A DNA stretch of 63,428 nt, counting the filler, from Folioceros fuciformis (lineage: Eukaryota): the NCBI GenBank assembly GCA_049999805.1. It is 8 parts of 8 records of this genome, joined end to end, with 100 filler letters (N's around TTAATTAATTAA, not from the genome) between each part and the next. Parts side by side here need not be neighbours in the genome. Positions count along the whole stretch, not along the records: positions 25,893 to 31,389 come from JBNGIO010001203.1; positions 31,490 to 43,820 come from JBNGIO010001205.1; 6 more parts are not named here. One strand, 5' to 3'. Made by a program: the position numbers and the translations under genes. The notes under the pieces were generated by a model. The model was not told the DNA's origin. It did no database searches and was given only the letters and a program-made list of their open reading frames with translations. The first letter of the stretch is position 1. Every line of letters starts with the position of its first letter. Shown one piece after another: positions 27,208-38,209 of this stretch.

Positions 27208-28373
27208 GTAGAGCCTTCTGCCCCAGTGCGGTTTGCTGACTCGACAGCAGAACGGGAGCATTCCGGTTCCTTTCACGTTTGTTGGCGTATGTGGTTGATT
27301 AGAGGAGGTTGGTCAACCCCTCCTACAGAATCTCGTCCTGCATATATTTTTCCGCTATGTTTCCTCAGCCTCTCGTCCTGCTCATGTTTTCCCCTACGTT
27401 TCCTAAGTTTCTCGTTCACGGATTTTTTTTCACTCTCGGTTGCATCAGTATCGTCTTGGTTCGTTTGAGTTTTACCTTATTTTGTCGCTATAGATCGGAG
27501 AAATTTGTCCCTAGTGAATCTTAATCAATTCTCATTGTCGTCTTGAGTGGCTGAACAGATCCTTCTCATGTTGAGGACTCCTCTCTACACCTTCTCTATT
27601 AAGTCCTTCTCTGCAAAAAAATTCTTTGCGATGAACGAGAATGGAAACTTTGAAAAAGGGACAATGCATCATGCGGTGGGGAAGTTGGAACGTTATGTAC
27701 GAGCCAGACTTCTGGTTGAGGATGTACTCGACTCGAACGAAGGAACCAAGTGGGAGTACGAAGTAACTCAGCTCAACCAATTTCATGAACTGTTTTTAAT
27801 GACTCGCCTCATCCGGCGGGAACAAAACTCACCGAGGCTAGGCTTTGTGGAAGCTAAACAGAGTTACGGTAACTTAGCTTCAGCTGAAGAGCAAGGCATC
27901 TGTATTCATACTGCTCGAGCTGGGAAAACAGGAAAAACTAGGAAGAACACAACTTTTTTGTTTCCGACATCTTCAGCAGCTGTGGATGTCGGACGAAGGA
28001 CCAACGCTGCAAGACTCTAGATCTATATATGACCAAGACTTTAGATCTAGATACGAGCACTAGAGTTGCCGCTAGAACTGCCTGGTGGATCTCCTGATTC
28101 GCCCAGCGACTACCCTAATAGCCTACCGTCGCGGATTTGCGCACGGTTCATCGGAAAGTTGAGCAAAATGGGCATAGTGGATCCCATCGGAAGCAGTCAA
28201 GCTTGACAACAAATGCTGCAGCACACTTGGCTAACAATGTTCTGGCACTCTACTTACGTATTGCTCTTCTCGTGAAGGATTGGTTGCTGAGCATCCAACT
28301 CCTCACGAGAATTGGGAATGCAGTGCATCCGATGAACTACACCCCTTAAGTCCAAGACCTTCGCGTGCCTGTT

Positions 28374-28997
28374 TTACCACCAAGCTAGGTCGGGCGACAG
28401 GTGAGAATGCAGGTACTTCAGCTTAGGCCCAATCACATCCTGGTAAAGCGTTAAGTTCCACCGGTTCACTACCCGATCCACACCCGCGGCATCCGTGACG
28501 CTGGGACCAAGCAAAAGATATGCCAGGCCTCTGGCCAGCGCAAAATCCCCAGTGCCACCCACAATCGAAAACTCGAACGGCGTCGGGGCATGAACGAAAT
28601 CGGTGCCGTGCACCTGGATTTGGCCCGAGACGTTGCGGTAAGTGATGGTGAAGGTGAGAAAGCCGGTGAAGGCACGGGAATTGACGCCCAAGCCCCTGAC
28701 TTGTCCCAGAAGTAAGGAGGATTCGGAGAAACCCGCCCGCACGTCTACCGGGTTCATGGCGCCGAAGGACTGTGTGCCCAGGACGCCATTCACACCCGCA
28801 ACTACAATCGGCTCCGTCCGATTGGGCCCGCTCGTTATGACATGCGTGTACACTCCGATGGTCAGACTCCGTCTCTTGCCCGCTTCTGCGATTGTCAGTG
28901 CCACAAGCAGGCAAGTCACAGTCAGTAGTGGGTGCATGCGCACCGGTGCCGCTGTTCTGGCCTTGGAGCGCCTCTGGTACACCGGTGTGGCTGCCAT
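28374..28997 (-). CDS. Dirigent-like protein, single exon (alternative start ATG at 28937)
   Basis: Signal-like MHPLLTVTCLLVALTIAEA, then VYTH..SGPNRT, FG, LLGQVRG and the dirigent hallmark FEFSIVGGTGDFALARG. Confidence 0.85.
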   Translation of the reverse strand: MAATPVYQRRSKARTAAPVRMHPLLTVTCLLVALTIAEAGKRRSLTIGVYTHVITSGPNRTEPIVVAGVNGVLGTQSFGAMNPVDVRAGFSESSLLLGQVRGLGVNSRAFTGFLTFTITYRNVSGQIQVHGTDFVHAPTPFEFSIVGGTGDFALARGLAYLLLGPSVTDAAGVDRVVNRWNLTLYQDVIGPKLKYLHSHLSPDLAWW

Positions 28998-31389
28998 GTC
29001 GGCGCCCAGGACCGTCCTTCTCCTCACCAACGAATGTCCTTCCAACCACTTCCAAACACCACTACTTTCGAGCTATGTGTTGACAGCACGGGACGAGTAG
29101 CGGACATGCGTGATTAAGCAATGGACAAAAGGAGGAAGAATGGACGAATATAAGGTGGATCATGGATCTCTTCCCCTCGCCAGCCTGGTAGGAAAGAAAT
29201 TCTGAGTCAACTGGCTTCACGGAACTTTGCATCCTTCTGTACATCCCTGATGAGATTTCGTGCGTGACATAGTCGTGCGTCGGATGCTTTCTTGATGCGG
29301 AAAGAGGACCTGGCATATGTTTCGTTCCTCGACGGTCGAGAAGTAGACTCATGCATGAACCAGAAATCGCGCTCTCCAACTTATAGATGAAAGCCTTCAC
29401 GATCCAAACGTGAAAGGATGACATGAGCTCGTTGCTAAAAGAAGTATTGGAAGTGGTTACCAGTGGAAATGGCAGACACTTCATATTGACACCGGGTCAG
29501 TGGAGGAAAAGACCAAGAAGCAACCTTCAAGGGCGGCGCCCGCAAAATCTAAGAAGATCAGTTAGCGTTTACTACCTTTAGAATAAATTAATAGTTGGAG
29601 GATCCTTGTATTAAAAGGGTCAACTAGTGATAGGGCTGACCGATTAATACTAACAGCGATTACTGCTGCGATTATTTGATCGTTTCTATTTTAGGAAACT
29701 GTGACTGACGGCGCCGTAAGACAATCAGACAAGTGTCCCTCCCCACTGTGACACCTGTCTGGTTGTCAGGCATGCCTACCCTAAACCTCGAGGACTGAAA
29801 ACGCATAAAAGAAGAAGTAGAGTGCATTGATCACTGAAACAACCGTCCCAGGATGCGGCTGCCTTCATCCACTGTCACCGAAGCTACCTGATGACGAATA
29901 TGTTATGCGCGCTCGGCGGATTCAACAGAATCCCAGACTATGGCATGATAGCCGATGTGCGAGTACGGGGAACAGGCGAACCCGTTAGGACAGGCCATGG
30001 CCTTTACTTTTTTCCTAGCTTTGAGACCGCTGCCGCGACTTCTCTTTCTCACGGTTTTGGGAAGGTACTTTTTCTCAGCCGTGGCTTCCACGTTGCCCAC
30101 ACCACTTGCCTCGATGATTCGAAGAAGTACTGTTCGGCAGTGATGGCTTCCACGTTGCGACACCGGTTGATTCGCTCCTGTTAAGAAGTATATAGTTATC
30201 CACAGTGGCGGCCTGCAACCACTTAACGTCATCAATTAACAGCTTCAAGGGGAGGTAGTATGCAGTACATGCAAGAGGTGGGATCCTTGCAACGCAGTAG
30301 ACAGTGACCTGATCTCTGTTTCTGACATTGGATTTCGGGAGCAAATGTATCCACATCCTCACATGTTTGCCTCCTGCCAGGATTATGCACCACTTGTCCC
30401 CAAGTTTGTAGCCTCGTACGTTTGAAGATTACATACCTTGCTGCTTGGAAAGGCTGCATTGAGGGTACATTCCAGCCTGGACAGTCTGCAGCCTGTGCTC
30501 AATCAAAGCAGTTGATAGTTCTCTGACAAGTCACCTGGACCACAAGAAATCTAATGAGGATAACACACTAAGATCGTCACTTGCTCCCTCTTCGTCACAT
30601 CACCAGCGTGGAGCTCGTGCGATTAGTGCTTCCAGGAAGCCTCATGTCATCACAGCACAAACCGCGCCAGGAGCGACCAGCGTACCTCACGGGACGAAGA
30701 ACTGGCCTCCTGAATAATTTTCGAACGTAGAACGGCCTCACGGTCTCTACACTTCCTTGAGTTTGTGTCAATACCAGCGAGAGGTGACAGACGCCTTTCT
30801 GCTTCACTGTAACAGACATGTGGATTGTGAGAAAGCATGGGCAGGCACTGTGGACGGGAAATAAAATTCAGGGCATCGCCAACTTGCGAGACTAAAGACC
30901 TCCCGTTCCAGTTTGCCCAGGACAAAGCATTTCCAACCCACCAACTGGCCACGCGTTGCAGATACCGAAATAAGAGCGTAATGGCAGCACACTTTCCACG
31001 AAACCTCCGCAATATTCTTCCAGCTGACTGTGGAGCGCTAGCACGCGTAGTGGACAGCATCTTCAGGGAAACTTCTCGAGCATGGCACGAACACTGTTGC
31101 GCGCATGATTTGATGCAGAAGCGGCGTAGGTGAACCAGGAATCCGCCAATGCGCATGCAATGCGGGCCATTCTCAGTTCGCTTGCGAACCCTGACTCACC
31201 TACGACGCCTCAGCATCAGAGCCTTCGCCGATAAACCGACCTATTCGCGATGCGCTCAGCCCGCACAACTTGGAGGGCCTGCAAAGGTCAATGCAGATAG
31301 GTGATAGGAACGCGCCTCCAACCCCGCCTCAAGCTCCGTGAGTATATCATCCATCACCTCATAAACACATCACACATCCCCTCATAACC

Positions 31390-31489
31390 NNNNNNNNNNN
31401 NNNNNNNNNNNNNNNNNNNNNNNNNNNNNNNNNTTAATTAATTAANNNNNNNNNNNNNNNNNNNNNNNNNNNNNNNNNNNNNNNNNNNN
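31390..31489. other. Artificial contig linker
   Basis: N44-TTAATTAATTAA-N44. Confidence 0.98.
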
Positions 31490-31515
31490 GGACCAATGGT
31501 AGGGGGTCTGAGAGG

Positions 31516-34500
31516 ATGGAGGGGAAAGGGGTGGGGTCGATGGATATGGATGGGAAGAGTCGGTCTCCTCTTCCGAAGATGGTCGGGCCTGGGAGGCCGG
31601 ATGGGCTGAGTGAGGGGGGGGTTCGGACTGTTCGAAGGCTGGTTGGGAGGCGGGAGACGGAGGATGAGGACCTCGACGTCTTTCCTGAGCCGTTTGGGTC
31701 TACCAGGAAAGGGCAAAGTGAGAGGAGGGGAAGCTGCAAGATTTTGAGCAGTGACAGCCAAGATGATGTCCCTCCTCTTCCTCCCCCGAAACTGCTGGCT
31801 ACTGCCAAAAGGGTGCTGCAGCAGACGACAATGCAGCACAGCGAGAGGACAATGCAGGACAGCGAGGGTAATGACGATGCCAAGCAGGGTTTTGTGGAGC
31901 ACCAAGGAAGGGCTCAAGTGGGCGTGAGAATGGTAGGGAGGCCTCCCAGAAGGCGAGCTCTCAAGTCTTTGAAGGTGGGAGAATGCATTGTTTTTCCTTT
32001 GCAGTTTGTGTACTTGCGAGCAGATACATCATCCAACTTCGAGTCGGATGAGGAGATCGAGGACTGTCGCATTTGTGGAGAAGTGGATCTTGAGGCAAAG
32101 TTGGAGTGCGATGACTGCTTAGGTGGCTTTCACTTAGGGTGCTTGAATCCTCCTCTAAAAGATGTGCCTAAAGGTGATTGGTTTTGCCCGCTTTGCCAAA
32201 GACGTCGGAATGGGGAGGCAGTGGATGTGCCTGGCAGAGCTGCCATGAACCGCCGTCGCACGGCCCGTGAACGGCTTCTTGCCAAGGAGTTGTCTGCTGT
32301 GCGCATCTTGAAGTAAGCTTGAGCTGTATACGCTTCTGGTTGTGACTTTGATGTGCATGTAGGCCAGCTTGGTCTCAAACCATTTCTGACAATGTGCAGG
32401 ATCTGGAGGGAACCTGATGGCAAATCATTGTTTTCTGGGCAACACTATCTTATACCCGAGGATACTCTGCATGGCAGACAGCCTGGGCATGGACGGCGGG
32501 AACTTTTTCGTACGAATCGTATTAAAGAGTATGAGGTGCTGCTGCTGTGATCTGTAGCTTTGAAGAACCGCATGTAGTACTCCAATTCCCGTTTTCTCTC
32601 TTCTCTGCTGGACTGATGAATGCAAAAAAGATCTTGACAGCTACATGTGGGTTTCTCTTGCAGACTAAGAACATTCTTCGGGAGTGTTTTATTACGTCTT
32701 TTTCAGAGTTCACGTCACAATCAGATGGTGGTGATGACTGTTTCTTTTGTGCACAACATTATGATGAAGAGTCTCATACCTTCCAGCCGGTGGAGGGTAT
32801 GGACGACGTAGAGGACGGTGTGGACAGTCCTCCAGAATTCGATCCTTTGGAGGAGGATGATGAGTCAGATGATGTTCCTCGGAAACGTGTTGGTAGACCA
32901 AGGAAAAAACCAGGAGTGGACGAGGATGACTCAGATGATGGCCCTCCCAGGCGTGGTAGACCGAAGAAAAAACAAGGGGTGGCTGGAAGAAAACCAGGAA
33001 GCAGAACTCAAGGCAAAGCTAGGGAACCAAAGAATGGAAGCAAAAGTTTGTCTAAACCTGGAAAATCTGTCACACAAAAAGTCCAAGTCAGTGTTACAGC
33101 TGCAGTGAGCATCAGATTGTCTACTGTACTTGGTCTCTTGTCAATTCCATCTTTTTTCTTTTTGGTGCCTTATGAGGTTTCTGCCTCTGTACAGAACAAG
33201 CAGATGAGTGCAGATGATTGTGGGATAGGGTGGGCTTCGAAAAAAATTCCACAAACAGATGCGGAGGTCCTTTTTGCAAAGGCAATTAATGCCCTTAATC
33301 TTGCTCCAGCTTCCCTGTCGTGCAGAGAAAAGTATCTCTCCACCCTTACGTTTGCATGAAATGAATTACAAGTTTTACGAGATGATGTCACGCTGTTTAT
33401 TCTCGTCTGATTGTGGTAATTTACAGGGAAAGGGATGAAATAGCAAAATTCCTGGAGGACGCGTTTGGTAAGGACAAGTGTCTGGGCCGTTCTCTTTATA
33501 TCAGTGGTATCCCTGGGACTGGCAAGGTGAGTCTTGAAGCTTCATTCCCCTACGATTTACATACCTTTGCAACTAGGGTCTGCTGATTTTTGTTGGATTC
33601 CGGTTTCTGACGCCTCACATCGCAGACAGCCCTAGTTATGGAGGTGATCAAGGAGATGATGAAGAAGAGTGCTGATCTTGCCTTTGTAAATATCAATGCC
33701 ACAGAGCTGCAGACTCCGGATCATCTATATGCTGTAAGTGTGTTGCACACAAAAAGTAATAGATGGCAACTCTTTTCGTGCCACAAAAATTGGTCACAAG
33801 CTGGGGAGCGCGTCTCACATAATATTGTTCTGCACAGAAACTTCATCTTGCTCTGACAGGGGAGAGAGAAGGTAACAATAGAGCTTATGAGAATCTCAAT
33901 AAGCGCTTTGCTCAGGCCAAGTCTTTGAAGGATGGCAGACCCTGCGTGGTACTGCTTGATGAATTGGACACTATTGTCAATCGAAATCAAAATGTAAGCT
34001 TCGCAAAATTCAGCCTGTTCACGTGATGGGTCTCTGGACTGTCATGTTCTCGTTTTCTGTGAATTATTCACAGGCATGGATTGTTCAATGCCAGGTGTTG
34101 TACAATCTGTTCCACTGGCCAACCTTGCCCAACTCTCAACTGGTTGTCATCGGTAACAATCTTATCATTTCTGTTCTTTCATGCAGACTCTACTTGTGTT
34201 GTGGAAGCATCTTGTCTCCATGTCTGGCGTTTCATGACCTGCTTGTTCTTGCCTCTTTGGCCGACTGTAGGCATAGCAAATACTATGGACCTTCCAGAGA
34301 AAATGCATCCAAAAATAGCCAGTCGAATGGGTCAAAGGATGTGTTTCGCCCCATACACGCACGTACAGCTGCAAGAGATTGTTACTGCGCGTCTTGCTGG
34401 TCTCCAAGTCTTTGATAACCAGGCACTAGAATTTGCGTCGAGAAAGGTACCTTTCACAATTTGATATACCATAACTCTGGATATTGTAGGTGGCCTGTAC

Positions 34501-35610
34501 AGTTTTCATTGGTGTGTGCATTTGGCACATTTCGATGCATTTGGGCATTCGTTTTGTGTACCAGATTTCTGCAAACACGGGAGATGCCCGGAGGGCCTTG
34601 CAACTGTGCAAGAGAGCTGTTCAGCTTGCTGAACTGCGAATGAAAAGAGCTGTTCAAAACTCTTCAGACTCCCCAGGTGATGCTTCGTCCCACACCGAAC
34701 ACCTGGTTAGGCCCTGGTTAGGCAGCAATAATATGAGTCGTTATGGAGTTTCTGACTCTTTGTGCAGATACACGGCTTCAATCAGTGGCTCATCATGTCG
34801 GGATGAAAGATATCGACGATGCTGTAGAGGAGATGTTCAAAGTTCCTTCATTTCAGGTTGGTCGAGCATCTTCTGACGACTTCCACAACTTATTTGGCAG
34901 ATCTTGCTCGGCATCTTTGTCATCTCAAACCTGTGTCTACAGATGATGACAAGATGTTCAAAGGATGCTAAAATTCTTCTGGTGGCCATGGTTTATGAGG
35001 AAAAGAGAACGAGTGTGTCAGAAACGACATTCGAGAAGGTTGCAAGCTGACGCCGTGTTTGAAAAATAGTTAAGATGCTTTCTTATTTTGCTGCGGATTT
35101 TTTTCGACAGACTTACGTCGACAAAATCTAACCGTCTGCGTGTTCCATTCCTCCCAGGTTTTGGAGGCCGTGAAGCTCCTTTGCAGCCAAAACAACGAGA
35201 CGGTCCCGGACACGGATTCACTGATTCGTACAGGGTGGGAGTTGTTGTAGTTACTCATAGATCTACGCATTGTAGGTTTTTTGGTTGAAATCTTGGACTC
35301 AACTTCGACCACTAGATCGAGTTGGCTCCCCTCACACTCGATCTTGAATGAATTGCATGCAGCACACGACTAGGTGCATGCCGTTTGCTTCTAACTGAGG
35401 CCAGTGCCAAGCACCGGTTGCAGAAGCTTCAACTGAACTGCTCAAGGTGAACACGTTGCCTCCTTTCCGTTAACAGGATTTGCAGATTTTAGTCCCAGGC
35501 TCCTGTGCTTCTGCTGATTTTGGACATGGTTTTTTGGCAGAGACGATGTTGCCTTTGCACTGAAAGGAGATCAAGAAGTACCCTGGTTGCAGAGATATCT
35601 ACAAAACTGA
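31516..35610 (+). CDS. ORC1: Origin recognition complex subunit 1 (PHD finger within BAH, AAA+ and winged helix), multi-exon
   Basis: PHD CRIC...LECDDCLGGFHLGCLNPPLKDVPKGDWFCPLC; BAH YLIPEDTLHGRQPGHGRRELFRTN; Walker A LYISGIPGTGKT; Walker B VLLDELD; VLYNLFHWPT; GIANTMDLPE; GDARRALQLCKRA; C-terminus DDVAFALKGDQEVPWLQRYLQN*. The start is tentative because it lies close to the contig edge. Confidence 0.95.
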
Positions 35611-35691
35611 GGCGGTCCTTAGGTAGATAGTCTCGTTGGTATCCAGAAGGATATTTTTTTCGATCCTGCTGTCTGTGTCAGACGGCCGGGA

Positions 35692-35920
35692 GGGGAATCG
35701 CCCCTGGATACTGAAAAGGGACTTGACCCCGGATACTGGAAATGGACCGAGTGCCCCCGGATACTGGAAGGGGACTCGCCCCCGGATATTGAACTGGGAC
35801 TCGCCCATGGATATTGAACGGGGACTCGCCCCTGGATACTGAATGGAGACTCGCCCCTGGACACTGGATGTGGACTCGCCTCTGGATACTGAAAGAGCCC
35901 TGACGCCTGGATTCTGAAAG
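35692..35920. repeat. 25-bp minisatellite, about 9 diverged copies
   Basis: gactcgcc recurs at 35773, 35798, 35823, 35848 and 35873; consensus approximately ggggactcgcccctggatactgaa. Confidence 0.9.
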
Positions 35921-36116
35921 GTGCTTGCTTCGCCCTTGGAAAGCTTCACCCAAGTTTCGGCCTTGGAACGCTCGGCCTGACAAAGGATACGGAATAACAG
36001 CACTGGAATTGGATCTCCATGTGCTGGAAAAAATCGCCTCCATTTATGGATAGATCATGCATATTTCCTGTAGATAAGTCTGGCCGAGCTCGAGCAATGT
36101 GTCTCCAAGGGTAGAG

Positions 36117-37908
36117 ATGATTTCTATTTGTCCCTCCCGACCGCATGTCCTGCCGAAAGCAAGAGCAATCCCGTCATCGCAGCCGAGGACAGGGCCTAAG
36201 GTGTTGTATCTGCTATTCCGGCCCAACTCGCCGGAGTCTTGCACAGCACAGCTCGTCGAAAGCAGGTTTCAGAAATGTTGGGGGAAAAGAGAGGCAAAAC
36301 ACTTTTCGTTGTATGTCACCGGAGCCGGCAAGAGAAAATGCAGGTTGCCCGTGTGTCGGGCATCTGTCTCGGATGATTCGGGCTCTGGAGATGAAGTGGA
36401 AGACAAGCCATGGATGAAATTTGTGACCGTAGCAACCAGTTTATATCCGTTGTATGTGGCACTGGGGTCGACTTTGGCCGTTCTGAGGCCATCGTCATTT
36501 GCATGGTTTGTGGAGAGGAGTCCCCAGTCCTACAGCGCCGCTCTAGGCAGCATTATGCTGGCCATGGGTCTGACCCTGCGCTTACAGGACCTTGTCTATG
36601 TGCTTGTGAACCGTCCTCTCGCAGTAACTGCTGGAACCCAGACCTCGTTATCTATTGTGGCTTTCGGAAAATGCAGGATGTATTGGGAGGCTAATTTGTA
36701 ATTTCCTACTGCAGGTTCTGTTTGGATGTGCTGCTCAGTATGGTATCATGCCCCTGACAGGAGCTGTGGTTGCTCGTCTGCTGAGTCTGTCGCCAGACTT
36801 GTCTGCAGGTCTCATATTGCTGGCGTGCTGTCCGGGTGGGACTGCGTCTAATGTGGTACATTCCACTTTGTGCCAGAAGCCATGATTGCAGTAGCATGCT
36901 TGACGCATCCCACTTGAACAGGCTGCTGTCTCCCAGGTCACCTTGATTGCTGAAGGGGATGTGCCGCTGTCCATATTGATGACCATCTGCACAACATTTG
37001 GTGCTGTCATCGCCACACCCTTGCTGACCCAGCTTTTTGCTGGTGCGTACGTCCCTGTAGATGTCCTTGGCCTTGCCATCAGTACATTACAGGTGTGTCG
37101 CATTCCAGATTAGTCGATTCTGTTGTTCCCTGTTTGTTAGGACTCGTGTCTGACCACTTGACGGGGAGGGGGGCAGGTCGTATTGGTGCCAGTTCTACTA
37201 GGTGCTTGGCTTCAGGGTACCTGGCCAAAGCTAGTGGGTCACGTGAAACTCTTCTCGCCTCTGGTGGCAGTTTTGATCTCTTCCTTACTGTCAACCAGGT
37301 AGGATAGTGATCACTCAATAGGTCCCTTGCATCTTGACTTTTAAATATTTAAGCCTGCAGAACTTGCTTCACTTACCCCCTTTCTGTCTCAGTGTGTTTT
37401 CAGCGAATGTATATAAAATTAGAAGCATCCCATCTGGAGCAGGCGCTGCATCCTTCGTTGAAAGTGTGGCAGCAATCGCAGCTGCTGTTGGTTTAGTACA
37501 CGCTGCTGGATTCTTGCTCGGGTAAGTGCGCTCCTGACGTCTTGGCGTTTGGTTGCTTCTACCTTTCGTAACAGTTTGCATGCGATGAAAGGTATGTTAC
37601 GTCCAGAGCAGCGGGTTTACGTGAACCACAGCGGAGAGCAATTTCTATCGAGGTACACGTTTTTGTGTTGATTCTTGGGAAATCATTTTGTTCGCACTAC
37701 AGTAACCATCCTGCATGGTGTTTCTCAGGTAGGAATGCAAAATTCATCTCTAGGGGTAGTCTTAGCAAGTATGCACTTCAGCTCGCCACTTGCTTCAGTC
37801 CCTGCTGCGATCTCAGGTGTCGTTATGAATATTATGGCCAGCATACTCGCTGTCGCCTGGAGACAATACCGCATTAAGGAGAATGAAAATTCTCCTGGTC
37901 AGCTGTAA
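36117..37908 (+). CDS. BASS: Bile acid:sodium symporter family metabolite transporter, probably plastid, multi-exon
   Basis: Transit-like N-terminus; [79 protein letters not shown]. Confidence 0.92.
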
Positions 37909-38209
37909 TTGTCATTTCATCGATTTCAAATTCTCCAAATTTTCTGAGGTTCATCACTGAACCCATTTGAGGATCGAGGACAAATACACGAAGTTGTCTC
38001 GACCAACTGATCGGTTAAGGACAAGATATTCCTTCAAATTTCATTACTAAATAGCTAGCAATGACCTTGAACCAGAAACACCAACTCTCCAACAGCGTTA
38101 GTGAGCTCCCGGCTGACATAGCAGTTCAATTCCAATACTAAAGATCATCTTGCAGATGACTACACGTGCAAAAATTGGGGTCCGTAGAGAGCAAAATGAA
38201 GACTAACAA

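Noticed and set aside
29800-31389. Several 60-170 aa ORFs on both strands
   Set aside because: No family motifs or consistent exon chain could be built; left unannotated.
35599-36043. CRISPR-like array or repeat-protein ORFs over the 25-bp minisatellite
   Set aside because: There are no unique spacers, and a 25-bp period shifts frame every unit, so the ORFs are by-products.
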